Shown: positions 17,371 through 25,804 of the stretch, piece after piece | How positions within the stretch are numbered: the stretch's first letter is position 1 | Layout: the number at the start of each line of letters is the position of its first letter | Assembly: GCA_963668425.1 (NCBI GenBank) | Contig: OY764332.1 | Location: forward strand, 1 to 39,240 | Source of the DNA: Minisyncoccota bacterium | Lineage (GTDB): Bacteria > Patescibacteriota > Minisyncoccia > Phycocordibacterales > JABAAK01 | DNA length: 39,240 nt | Direction: 5' to 3' | The notes under the pieces: model-generated | Databases searched by the model: none | What the model was told of the DNA's origin: nothing | Seen by the model: the letters and a program-made list of their open reading frames with translations, nothing else | Program-made: the position numbers and the translations under genes

Positions 17371-18144
17371 TTATTCTGATACTATTTCTTTTGCGTTGCT
17401 ATTTTTTCCTTCTTCTTGTGTATGTTGCTCATCTGTTGCGATAGATTTTGCCGTATCAATTGCTGATTCAACAGGTTTTGACACTATTGTGTCATTTGAT
17501 TTATGTGCCACATACAATGTTGCCATTTCAAATGGACTTCTCTTTAATACACCAGTAACTTTCTGTATATTTTTTTCTGGAATACTGTTAATTGCAATGA
17601 CAGTGCTGACTACTTTTCCTGTTGCCTGATGTGTGATTGGTGTACCGATTGTTACTGCCATATCTATAGGGATTTGTAAAGAAAATCCTCCACCCCCCTC
17701 ACCCTTGCTGCGAGAGATATAGTTGTTTACTGAAAATACTTCATTACTTTTTGGCGCACTAAATAATGTTACTATAAATAGTGTTGGGTACACTTTTTCT
17801 ATGTACCCTATCGGCTTTACTGTCTCGTCATATACATACCAAGTTCCTTTTTTATATTTTGTAAATTGCTGATGTTCTGGCACTGTGGTAATAAGATAAT
17901 CATACGGTGTCTGTGGTGGCCGGGCCATAACAAAGATTGGCAGTAGTTCGGACTCCTTAGGTACCGTATTACTGCTGGCAATAGGTATATCATTTTGTAA
18001 CGATTGTGCATGTTGTGTATATAGTATGCTAAACAACCTTTGTGAAACAGTCCTGTACCATGACGGAAAAAGAATATATGTTACAAGAAGAATGGCCATT
18101 ACTACATAACTAATTTTGTTCGTTATCTGTTTTTGTTTTTGCAT
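17371..18144 (-). CDS. mreC: rod shape-determining protein MreC-like
   Basis: N-terminal TM (ISYVVMAILLVTYILF) followed by a beta-rich periplasmic part (IGYIEKVYPTLFIVTLFSAP..., GTPITHQATGKVVSTV). It sits between mreB and the MreD-position gene. Confidence 0.6.
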   Translation of the reverse strand: MQKQKQITNKISYVVMAILLVTYILFPSWYRTVSQRLFSILYTQHAQSLQNDIPIASSNTVPKESELLPIFVMARPPQTPYDYLITTVPEHQQFTKYKKGTWYVYDETVKPIGYIEKVYPTLFIVTLFSAPKSNEVFSVNNYISRSKGEGGGGFSLQIPIDMAVTIGTPITHQATGKVVSTVIAINSIPEKNIQKVTGVLKRSPFEMATLYVAHKSNDTIVSKPVESAIDTAKSIATDEQHTQEEGKNSNAKEIVSE

Positions 18145-18159
18145 AGTGAATACTGCAGA

Positions 18160-19299
18160 TTACGTGAGAAAATATTTTTCATACATCTCAGGACTTTGTG
18201 CGATTAGCGCGGTGCCTCGTGCGACAAGTCCAGTTGTGTTTTCTGGCACTACTATACGCAGATTCAGTATTTCCTCAATTTTTTTAGGGAATGAGTGTAT
18301 TGCAGGTCCACCGCCGACAAAATATATGTTATTATTTTTTAAATCTGCTTGTACTTCTGGTGATGATTGCCCTACGAACATGCCGATATGTTCAGCAATT
18401 TTCCTCAAGTGTGGTTCAAGAAATTGAATAATTTCGTCAAATGATACTTTTGCTTCAAGCGGTAGTCCGGTACTGCTACTCCTACCTTGCACACTGAACA
18501 CCGTTTGCTCATTTGCTGATTGCATGGTTGCAATTTTTAAATCTTCTGCAACCCGCCCCCCAATGATAATCTGTTTTTTCTCCTTAAGCCCTTCAACAAT
18601 TGCTGTATCAAATGCATCACCTGCGACTCGCATACTGCTTGAAGCGACTATTTCCCCTCCGGCAAGGATCATCGCATCACTAGTACCACCACCAACATCA
18701 ATCACCATAATTGCTGTTTCACTCATTAGCGGTAAATCTATGCCAACTGCTGCTGCAAATGGCTCATATACAATGCCCATACGTCGTGCCCCTGCATCAA
18801 TAACTGCATCTCGCACTGCATTTATCTCTGCCTGCGAGGTGCGACATGGAACTCCGATTATCACTGAAGGGTTGAAAATCTTTGGTGATGCATTTTGTAC
18901 TTTTCTAAAAATATGTTCAAATAACTGCTCGGTTATTTCATAATCATTTATAACCCCTAACTGTATTGGCTGTATTACTTCTATATGTTCTGGTGTTCGT
19001 CCAATCATTTGTCGCGCTCGTTTTCCTACGGCAACCACCTGATCTGTTCTCTTATTTACTGCAACTAATGTTGGCTCCCGCATCACTATTCCCTTACCTC
19101 CCACATACACAACGGTAGTTGCGGTACCGAGGTCAATGCCTACTTGATTTTCAAATGATCCCAAAAAATATCTTGTATTTTTTTTCAGTGCCCCTGCTTC
19201 CTTTTTTTTTCGTGCTACTTGTTGATGCAGTTTTTTTTTCTGTAAAATGCTTGTGTCATTGCTTCTAACTTCCTTTTTTTCTCTTGATGTGTTTGCCAT
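18160..19299 (-). CDS. mreB: rod shape-determining actin homolog MreB with a roughly 50-aa basic N-terminal extension
   Basis: VGIDLGTATTVVYV, REPTLVAV, IGVPCRTSQAEINAVRDA, VIDVGGGTSD and YFVGGGPAI motifs. No in-frame ATG exists between 19299 and the GIDLGT motif. A TTG at about 19176 would be the only short alternative. Confidence 0.85.
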   Translation of the reverse strand: MANTSREKKEVRSNDTSILQKKKLHQQVARKKKEAGALKKNTRYFLGSFENQVGIDLGTATTVVYVGGKGIVMREPTLVAVNKRTDQVVAVGKRARQMIGRTPEHIEVIQPIQLGVINDYEITEQLFEHIFRKVQNASPKIFNPSVIIGVPCRTSQAEINAVRDAVIDAGARRMGIVYEPFAAAVGIDLPLMSETAIMVIDVGGGTSDAMILAGGEIVASSSMRVAGDAFDTAIVEGLKEKKQIIIGGRVAEDLKIATMQSANEQTVFSVQGRSSSTGLPLEAKVSFDEIIQFLEPHLRKIAEHIGMFVGQSSPEVQADLKNNNIYFVGGGPAIHSFPKKIEEILNLRIVVPENTTGLVARGTALIAQSPEMYEKYFLT

Positions 19300-19302
19300 A
19301 TG

Positions 19303-19875
19303 CTACGCTTGTATGTCTTGTATTTTTTTTTCATACATTTCTTCTGCTTTCTTGTTTGTCATGTCAATTTTTTCCTGTAATTCTTTTTTAGCTGCAAATT
19401 CTTCATCTTCGGATAGATCCCCGTCTGCTTTTTTATGCTTAATATCCGCTAGTATTTTCTCTCGTATTCCACGAATGGACTTTTTTGCTTCCTCTGTTCT
19501 CTCCCGTGTGGTTTTTTCTAATATTGTCCGTCGCTCTCCGGTCAAATCAGGTGTTATTGCTCGCACCGTTGTCTCGCCGGTTGCCACACTTACAGATGGT
19601 GCCTGTTCTCGCAATGCTGTTTCTATCTCAGGTAGTAGTGTTGCATCATACGGCGTAACTGCTATTGTTTTTGCGTCTTCTACGGCAATGGCGGCGCAAT
19701 GATGTAATGCCGTTTTTGCACCGTATGCGGAAACCATAACCCGATCTAATAGTGCTGTTGTGATCCTTCCTGATTGTATTTGAGCATATTCAGTACTCAA
19801 CCATAGAATTATTTCTTCTTCTCTTGCAGAAAAACTACTAAAATCATACTGCATCACCAGCATGGTACCATGCAC
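19303..19875 (-). CDS. frr: ribosome recycling factor
   Basis: SGRITTALLDRVMVSAYG, ITPDLTGERR, IRGIREK and LSEDEEFAAKKELQEKID. The start could be one of the Mets at codons 1, 5 or 8. Confidence 0.85.
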   Translation of the reverse strand: MHGTMLVMQYDFSSFSAREEEIILWLSTEYAQIQSGRITTALLDRVMVSAYGAKTALHHCAAIAVEDAKTIAVTPYDATLLPEIETALREQAPSVSVATGETTVRAITPDLTGERRTILEKTTRERTEEAKKSIRGIREKILADIKHKKADGDLSEDEEFAAKKELQEKIDMTNKKAEEMYEKKIQDIQA

Positions 19876-19986
19876 AATTGATCGTGTACTGTTTAGATTT
19901 TTTATTATCTTGTGAAAACTGTGTACTATGTGTATAACTATATCTCTATACTTTAATTATTCAAGTGTGGCATATCCTAACTTGGA

Positions 19987-20427
19987 TCATTGCCCCAGAC
20001 ATTTTAAGCATTTGCATCCATATGGTTTTATAAAATCATCAAAATATTCTTTACCGTAGTCATATGTTAATTCTTCGCCTTCCTTAATATTTCGTTTGGC
20101 ATAGATATATATTTTACCTTTTACGATGTCTGTTTCGCAGTTTGGTCTGCATGAATGATTGAGGTAGCGTGCGATGTTGTGGCGAGAGGAACCGTCTATT
20201 ACTTTTCTGCTGTTTATTTCAAATAGATATTTACCACCTTTTTCATCTGCCTGTGTCTTGGTTAGTATCGTACCATGGTATTCAATCACAAATTTTCCCC
20301 GCTCTATTGAGCTTTCAGTGAAGAGTCCAAGTCCTGCCGATGATCGCCGCACTCTCAAGGTGTATTTGCTCTTTCTTGGTACATACATTACAACGCTATT
20401 AGTGTCGGATTGCTTCTTCTGCTTCAT
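19987..20427 (-). CDS. SET-domain protein-lysine methyltransferase with post-SET Cys cluster
   Basis: GLGLF, EYHG, NHSCRPN, ELTYDY and a C-terminal CKCLKC. It starts 9 nt after the smc stop. Confidence 0.85.
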   Translation of the reverse strand: MKQKKQSDTNSVVMYVPRKSKYTLRVRRSSAGLGLFTESSIERGKFVIEYHGTILTKTQADEKGGKYLFEINSRKVIDGSSRHNIARYLNHSCRPNCETDIVKGKIYIYAKRNIKEGEELTYDYGKEYFDDFIKPYGCKCLKCLGQ

Positions 20428-20436
20428 ACTTGTTTT

Positions 20437-22599
20437 TTATTTTGCCATGCTTGTTGTACCATTAAACTGCACTGATAGTAGTGTTGATATGCTGTTTATC
20501 CCCATTGTTACGCCATAGAGTGCACCTGCACGATGCATCGTCTCTCGGTTATGTGTTATTAGGACTAGCTGTGATCGTTTTGCTAATGACTCTATCATAT
20601 CACCATATCGCCTGGAATTCGCTTCATCTAATGCAGCATCAGTTTCATCTAATACTAAAAATGGTGGTGGTGTTACCTGCGAAATAGCGAATAATAATGC
20701 AATTGAAACCAGTGCGCGCTCTCCACCTGAAAGCTGTTCTAATGTGCTGATTTTTTTGTGTGGTAACGCTATTTGCACTGCTACACCAGCTCGCACCTCG
20801 GGCTCCTCCCTTTCTTTTGTAATGGTTTGCTTTTCAATTGCAACTGCTGCTTTTCCTCCACCGAATAAAATTTTGAAAAATCCTTCAAACTCACTACTGA
20901 TTGCCTGTATCCCTGCCTTAAATCTGATATCTACCTCCTCTTTTATTTTTTTTATACCTTCTTCACAATCCTGTATGCTGCGCAATAAATCTTCTTTTTC
21001 CTTTTGTAGAAAATTAACTCGTTCGGACGTCTCTTGGTACGCAATGTAGGATTCTTCGGCGTTGCCTCCCATACCCACTGTTTCAAGTTCAATCTTTTTT
21101 CGTTCTAAAATTCGTCGTCGCTCTTTTTGTTTTGTTCGGTCTTCACTTTGTGCTTCTTGTAGGACAATTGCGGTTTTATAGTTGTTAATTGCATTTCCAA
21201 TGAGTATTGAACCTTCGGTTATTTCCCGTTGTATATTCTCTTCGTCTTCATGTAGCATGTCACGTGTGTGTTGTGCTTCAGAAAGCTCCTGCTCAAGGGT
21301 ATTTTTTTTGGTAATGAGCATAAGTACTTTTCTTTCTGATCGTCGAGTGGTAGTAATCTCTCGCTCTTTCTCTTTGCGGAGTGTCTCCTGTGCACACATC
21401 TGTTCTCGCTCTTTTTTTTGTAGCACATTCATTTCTTCTTGTGCTTTTTCCTCCTTTTGTTTTAATCTTGCGAGTCGTTTCTCTGCTTCCTGCTGCATTG
21501 CACTTCTGTTTCCAAGCATTGTTTGCAATTGCTCTAGTGCGTAACTAATAACTGTTTTATAATCATCCTCTGTCATAAAACGATGCTTCAATTCTTTATA
21601 TAAATGAGTAAGCGCTTTTCGATCTATGGATTCACTTTTGGTGTTTTGTGTTACATTTTCTAATGCAATTCGTTCACCTTCTAACCGTCCGATTTCCCGA
21701 CTCAAGATATCTTTTTTATCTCGTATGGTACGAAGTGCATCTATTGCTGATTTCTCTTGGTTACTTACCTCCTCTGCCTTTTGAATAGACACTGCTTTCC
21801 TTTTTTCTTTTGCTATGTCTTTTGTAACGGCATCAATTTTTTCTTTTACTGTGTCAAATGTGTTTTCTACTGCACATTTAGTTGTTGCTATGTATGCTGT
21901 TTCATGTGCAAGATATACCGCATACAATTGTACTAGTTCTTTCTGTACTTTTTTTGCTTTTTCATATTTTTCAACCTGTCGCTTCAAGTGACGTAGGTGT
22001 GGCATGGTCTCACGTAATATAAGATCAGTTTCGGTGATGTTTGTTTGAGCACGTTGTAGTTTTTTCTCTGCTTCAGCGCGACGATATTGTAATAATTTTA
22101 ATCCTAGTCCATCTTCTAACATTTCCTTACGCTCTTCGTTTGAGGCATGTAGAATGCGATCTGCCTCTCCTTGTGCAATAATATGATGTCCAGTGGAGCC
22201 AATATTTGCTTTTGCTAACAACTCAACAACATCTCGGTGTCGCACCTGCGTGTCGTTAATTGTGTATTCATTTGTGCCATTGCGATACACTGTACGAGAT
22301 ACTAATACATCGGTAAATGGACTGTTAAGCAGGTGATTGGCATTGTCAAACACAATGGACACCTTTGCTCGGTTTGCCCTGCTTTCTCTGTTGCCGCCGT
22401 TAAATATTAGGTCTCCTCCACGCCTACCGCGCATACTCTTCATTGACTGCTCACCTAGTACAAACCGAAATGCTTCTGCAACATTTGATTTTCCTGATCC
22501 ATTCGGGCCGACGATGCCAGTGATATTTGTTGGAAACGATAGTACTGCTGACTTACCAAATGACTTAAATCCCTCAATCCTTAACTCTTTAAGATACAT
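20437..22599 (-). CDS. smc: SMC-family chromosome partition ATPase, unusually short (720 aa), no recognisable hinge
   Basis: N-terminal MYLKELRIEGFKSF...GPNGSGKSNVAEAFRFVLGEQSMKSMRG (Walker A). C-terminal LSGGERALVSIALLFA (signature) and FLVLDETDAALD (Walker B). Between them is a continuous heptad-like K/E/R/Q-rich sequence. Confidence 0.8.
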   Translation of the reverse strand: MYLKELRIEGFKSFGKSAVLSFPTNITGIVGPNGSGKSNVAEAFRFVLGEQSMKSMRGRRGGDLIFNGGNRESRANRAKVSIVFDNANHLLNSPFTDVLVSRTVYRNGTNEYTINDTQVRHRDVVELLAKANIGSTGHHIIAQGEADRILHASNEERKEMLEDGLGLKLLQYRRAEAEKKLQRAQTNITETDLILRETMPHLRHLKRQVEKYEKAKKVQKELVQLYAVYLAHETAYIATTKCAVENTFDTVKEKIDAVTKDIAKEKRKAVSIQKAEEVSNQEKSAIDALRTIRDKKDILSREIGRLEGERIALENVTQNTKSESIDRKALTHLYKELKHRFMTEDDYKTVISYALEQLQTMLGNRSAMQQEAEKRLARLKQKEEKAQEEMNVLQKKEREQMCAQETLRKEKEREITTTRRSERKVLMLITKKNTLEQELSEAQHTRDMLHEDEENIQREITEGSILIGNAINNYKTAIVLQEAQSEDRTKQKERRRILERKKIELETVGMGGNAEESYIAYQETSERVNFLQKEKEDLLRSIQDCEEGIKKIKEEVDIRFKAGIQAISSEFEGFFKILFGGGKAAVAIEKQTITKEREEPEVRAGVAVQIALPHKKISTLEQLSGGERALVSIALLFAISQVTPPPFLVLDETDAALDEANSRRYGDMIESLAKRSQLVLITHNRETMHRAGALYGVTMGINSISTLLSVQFNGTTSMAK

Positions 22600-22631
22600 A
22601 TATCCAGTATTGTATCATCTTTCAAAAAATG

Positions 22632-22659
22632 AAAAAGACGAACTGTTGTTCGTCTTTTT
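22632..22659 (-). terminator. intrinsic terminator after lipoprotein gene 22674..23312
   Basis: The sequence is aaaaagacgaac-tgtt-gttcgtcttttt. The 12-bp stem is flanked by A and T runs, so it can work in both directions. Confidence 0.7.
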
Positions 22660-22673
22660 ATTGTTTTTGCCCT

Positions 22674-23312
22674 TTACCTGGGCGGGGAGAACACGAGGTG
22701 TTGGTGATTTACAACCGGTTCATACGGCACAAACTTATGCTCTTTTGTGATTGTATGTAGTTCTGCGGTTGCTCGCGGTAACTCTTGTTTTTCAAGCATC
22801 TCTAAAGGCATTATAGATATCATGTCCGTTGTTCCAGGCCATAGATCTGGAAAATACCACAATGACGTAGTGTCGTGCTTACGAATGGTCACGACTACGT
22901 CGTCAAATTTAATCGGAGCAAGATCTTCTGCGTGTGCCCAACGGGATAATCGTAAGAGAATGAATAATGTTCCTTTTGAAGGAGCAAGAGCTGTTCTTAC
23001 TCTGACTGCTGTCTTGATCTCTCCTGAGATTATAAATTCCTCTTGTTCCAGCAATACTGGAGACAAGGCAACCTTGCCATCAGCAAAGTTTACGCCCTCT
23101 TCTCCATCAACAGCTCGTGCCGTCGCTGTGGTATCATCACCACTTTCTCCGACACTTGATGATCGTGTTGGTGGCGGTTGCCTACCTAGTATCTGAGTTT
23201 GATCCTGCCCACTGTCAGTTATGAGACCGGGGGTGGTAGGGTTTTCACCACAGCCAACAATAAGTGGTAGAAACAATACTGAACATATCAAAAACTTTTG
23301 TAAAAACTTCAC
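22674..23312 (-). CDS. hypothetical lipoprotein
   Basis: MKFLQKFLICSVLFLPLIVGC lipobox, followed by a low-complexity linker GENPTTPGLITDSGQDQTQ...PPPTRSSS. Confidence 0.65.
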   Translation of the reverse strand: MKFLQKFLICSVLFLPLIVGCGENPTTPGLITDSGQDQTQILGRQPPPTRSSSVGESGDDTTATARAVDGEEGVNFADGKVALSPVLLEQEEFIISGEIKTAVRVRTALAPSKGTLFILLRLSRWAHAEDLAPIKFDDVVVTIRKHDTTSLWYFPDLWPGTTDMISIMPLEMLEKQELPRATAELHTITKEHKFVPYEPVVNHQHLVFSPPR

Positions 23313-23391
23313 TTTCTGTTCCTCCAGTTTGAAATGTGATGTAGATATTCTCCGTGGTTAGTGTAGCATTATTGCTTACCAATATCAAAGT

Positions 23392-23441
23392 AAAAAAATA
23401 AGGTCGGCAAACATACTGTAGTGTACGTATTGTCCGACCTT
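23392..23441 (-). terminator. intrinsic terminator after lipoprotein gene 23457..23948
   Basis: Minus strand reads AAGGTCGG..(loop)..CCGACCTT followed by ATTTTTTT. Confidence 0.6.
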
Positions 23442-23456
23442 ACTGGTTATCTGGAA

Positions 23457-23948
23457 CTATCTTGAGACAGAAGCATCATTCTCTTTGACCACGTAAGGAT
23501 ACTTCTTGAAATTATACTCAACGGTTACTTCTATTTTCTCTGTGTTCTTCGCCAATTTCGGTAGCGAAACTTTTACTCTTTCACTATCGGGTTGCAGAGT
23601 AACCGTGCTCACTTCTGTGTCATCGATCATAAAGTCGAAGGCCTCCGACTGGTGATGTCCATCGCGAATCACAATGAACTCACCTTCACCGTTGTTGTAC
23701 GTCACGTAAACAACGAGGTCCTTCAACACAGGGGTTTCCGCTTCAAGGTGGAACGTTGTTTCAGACGAGTCACCCTTTGTGACGGTCGTCTTGTAAATGC
23801 CGACCTCGGGCGTCACCTCCAAAGATTCAGTGCCACCGATGATAAGTCCGCTACTGCTGGCTCTGGTGGTTTCATTTCCTTCAACTCCACAACCTAGGAC
23901 AAATGTGGTCGCTACTATTGCGACCAAGAAAAAAAGGTTCCTGATCAT
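23457..23948 (-). CDS. hypothetical acidic lipoprotein
   Basis: MIRNLFFLVAIVATTFVLGC lipobox. AAAGGAG SD lies 8 nt upstream. The mature part is beta-rich. Confidence 0.65.
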   Translation of the reverse strand: MIRNLFFLVAIVATTFVLGCGVEGNETTRASSSGLIIGGTESLEVTPEVGIYKTTVTKGDSSETTFHLEAETPVLKDLVVYVTYNNGEGEFIVIRDGHHQSEAFDFMIDDTEVSTVTLQPDSERVKVSLPKLAKNTEKIEVTVEYNFKKYPYVVKENDASVSR

Positions 23949-24004
23949 TGTGATCTCCTTTTAGGTCGTCAATTGCGACCAAGAAAAATTTAAGGTTCAG
24001 GTTT
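23908..24004. repeat. approximately 38-nt imperfect direct repeat: the 5' end of the lipoprotein CDS is duplicated in its own 5' UTR
   Basis: 23908-23946 ggtcgctactattgcgaccaagaaaaaaaggttcctgatc versus 23964-24004 ggtcgtcaattgcgaccaagaaaaatttaaggttcaggttt. Confidence 0.7.
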
Positions 24005-24027
24005 ATTCAACGCTGTCATTTATTACT

Positions 24028-24036
24028 ATAATACCA
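24028..24036 (-). promoter_or_regulatory. extended -10 element TGGTATTAT upstream of lipoprotein gene 23457..23948
   Basis: The reverse complement of ataatacca is TGGTATTAT. It lies about 80 nt upstream of the ATG. Confidence 0.4.
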
Positions 24037-24124
24037 AAAAAATAAAAAAAATCAACCGTTGACGATATTTTTTTTTGTGATATAGTTAACCTATGTAAAA
24101 CTTGACAAATGTACTGTGTTATGA

Positions 24125-24832
24125 TTATTTTTTATAGCGTTTAAGTGTTTGTTCTGCTGCTTTCTGTGCTGCCTCTTGCTTTGATTTCCCAATTGCCTGT
24201 GCATGCATGCTGTCGCCAATTTTGACACCAATGGTAAATGTTTTGGCATGATCTGGTCCAGATTCGTCTATCATGATATATTCTGGCGTTATGTCAAACT
24301 CTTGCTGTGTATATTCCTGCAATGCTGTTTTTGCATCCTGCAATGGTGCTTGTGATAGATACCCTTGTATGTCAGTTAATACTTTTTCAAAAATAAATTG
24401 CTCTGCTGCTTCTAGTCCTCCGTCAAGATATATTGCACCGATGATCGCTTCTACCGCATCAGCAAATAATCCAGTACTCACAGTATTTAGATCTTTCTTC
24501 TGACCACTTGAGACCCGCAAATAACTGGGTATTTTTAACTTCTCTGCTACCTGTACTAAAAATTCTGTTTTCACCAGCAATGATCGATACACACTCAACT
24601 CCCCTTCTGCCACATCAGGATATAGCGTGTAGAGTTTACACGTTGCAGTTAGCTGTAGTATTGCGTCACCCAAAAATTCGAGACGCTCATTATGTATTGT
24701 TTCTTGGTATTCGTTGGTGTAGGAACGATGTGTAAGGGCTTGCAAGATGATATTTTTATCAGTAAAACGATACCCGATGTTCTCCTCTATCTTCTGTACT
24801 ATGTCGCTGTCACGTGTATTATCCTTTTGCAT
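24125..24832 (-). CDS. rnc: ribonuclease III
   Basis: The RNase III signature is NERLEFLGDAIL. The gene also has DAVEAIIGAIYLDGG and a C-terminal dsRBD (GPDHAKTFTIGVKIG...GKSKQEAAQKAA). Confidence 0.9.
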   Translation of the reverse strand: MQKDNTRDSDIVQKIEENIGYRFTDKNIILQALTHRSYTNEYQETIHNERLEFLGDAILQLTATCKLYTLYPDVAEGELSVYRSLLVKTEFLVQVAEKLKIPSYLRVSSGQKKDLNTVSTGLFADAVEAIIGAIYLDGGLEAAEQFIFEKVLTDIQGYLSQAPLQDAKTALQEYTQQEFDITPEYIMIDESGPDHAKTFTIGVKIGDSMHAQAIGKSKQEAAQKAAEQTLKRYKK

Positions 24833-25709
24833 ATTCTTGAATCGCTTTCGTCATGCCATCTAAAATAATTTGCCGTAAATCAGGATAGAAGGATAATTTT
24901 TTTGCTTCATCAAATGAGAACCATTTTGCCTGATCTAGTCCTTCGGTTTCTTTCAAGGTAAGTAAGTCATCATCAGTCCTTGCAAGGAGGTACGCAACCT
25001 CTTTCAGCACTGGACCAGTTGGTGGATGTGCTTTGTATGCATTGGATCCAATTTTTTCTATCACCTCAACAGTAATACCTATTTCGTCCTTGATGACTCG
25101 TTTCAGTCCACTATCAATTGACTCTTTTTCTTCTAATCCACCCTTTGAAAGTGTCCATTTGCCGAACACATCGTGAACAAAAGCAAACCACAGTGAACCA
25201 TCTTCATCAGCCCTAAAAATAACCCCTCCGACTGATTTTTTATGTTGCATCTTTTTTGGTACATAGTCGTCTTCTGCTGGATCTTTTACTTCTGTGTAGA
25301 TAGAACCGAGCACACCATTTACAAATCGTCGTGCACCATCTCCTAGAAACATTTTAGTAATTTCAATTGCTTCATTGAGTGCCACTCGTCCTGGCACTTC
25401 TAAATCTTTTCCAAATAAAAGTTCAAATACGCCTAATCGCAAGATGTTTCGATCCACACTTCCAATCTTATCTAGTGGCCAATCGGTGGCTGCTTTTTCA
25501 ATGATGGCATTAATTTCATAGTACTTACTAGCAATGCCGGCAAGTACTTTTTTTGCGTAATCGTTATCAACCAATGCTGGATTATGCTCTCGGGCAATGG
25601 CGTTAAACATGTCCACCATATGCACGCCATTCGGCTCCCGTCTGTGGAAGTCACTTTCAAAGAGCGCTTGAATGATCATTATGCGCGCGTCGCGTCTTGA
25701 TGTTGTCAT
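24819..25709 (-). CDS. nusB: NusB antitermination factor fused to a C-terminal Nudix hydrolase domain
   Basis: Residues 1-140 are NusB (ARIMIIQALFE..., DRNILRLGVFELLF, ALNEAIEITKMF, FVNGVLG). Residues 157-296 have the Nudix fold, with box G-GLEEK-E-SIDSGLK-RVIKDEIGI. The last 14 nt overlap the rnc start. Confidence 0.8.
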   Translation of the reverse strand: MTTSRRDARIMIIQALFESDFHRREPNGVHMVDMFNAIAREHNPALVDNDYAKKVLAGIASKYYEINAIIEKAATDWPLDKIGSVDRNILRLGVFELLFGKDLEVPGRVALNEAIEITKMFLGDGARRFVNGVLGSIYTEVKDPAEDDYVPKKMQHKKSVGGVIFRADEDGSLWFAFVHDVFGKWTLSKGGLEEKESIDSGLKRVIKDEIGITVEVIEKIGSNAYKAHPPTGPVLKEVAYLLARTDDDLLTLKETEGLDQAKWFSFDEAKKLSFYPDLRQIILDGMTKAIQEYAKG

Positions 25710-25804
25710 AGGTATACGATAATAGTATATATCTTTCTTAGGTGGTGTTGATATGCTGACTGCCTTTTTGGGGATATTTCATTACTACGCCCTATATATT
25801 CATT

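Noticed and set aside
24050-24066. Palindrome atcaaccgttgacgat flanked by A/T runs, considered as the rnc terminator
   Set aside because: The stem is only about 5 bp with essentially no loop, which is too weak to call.
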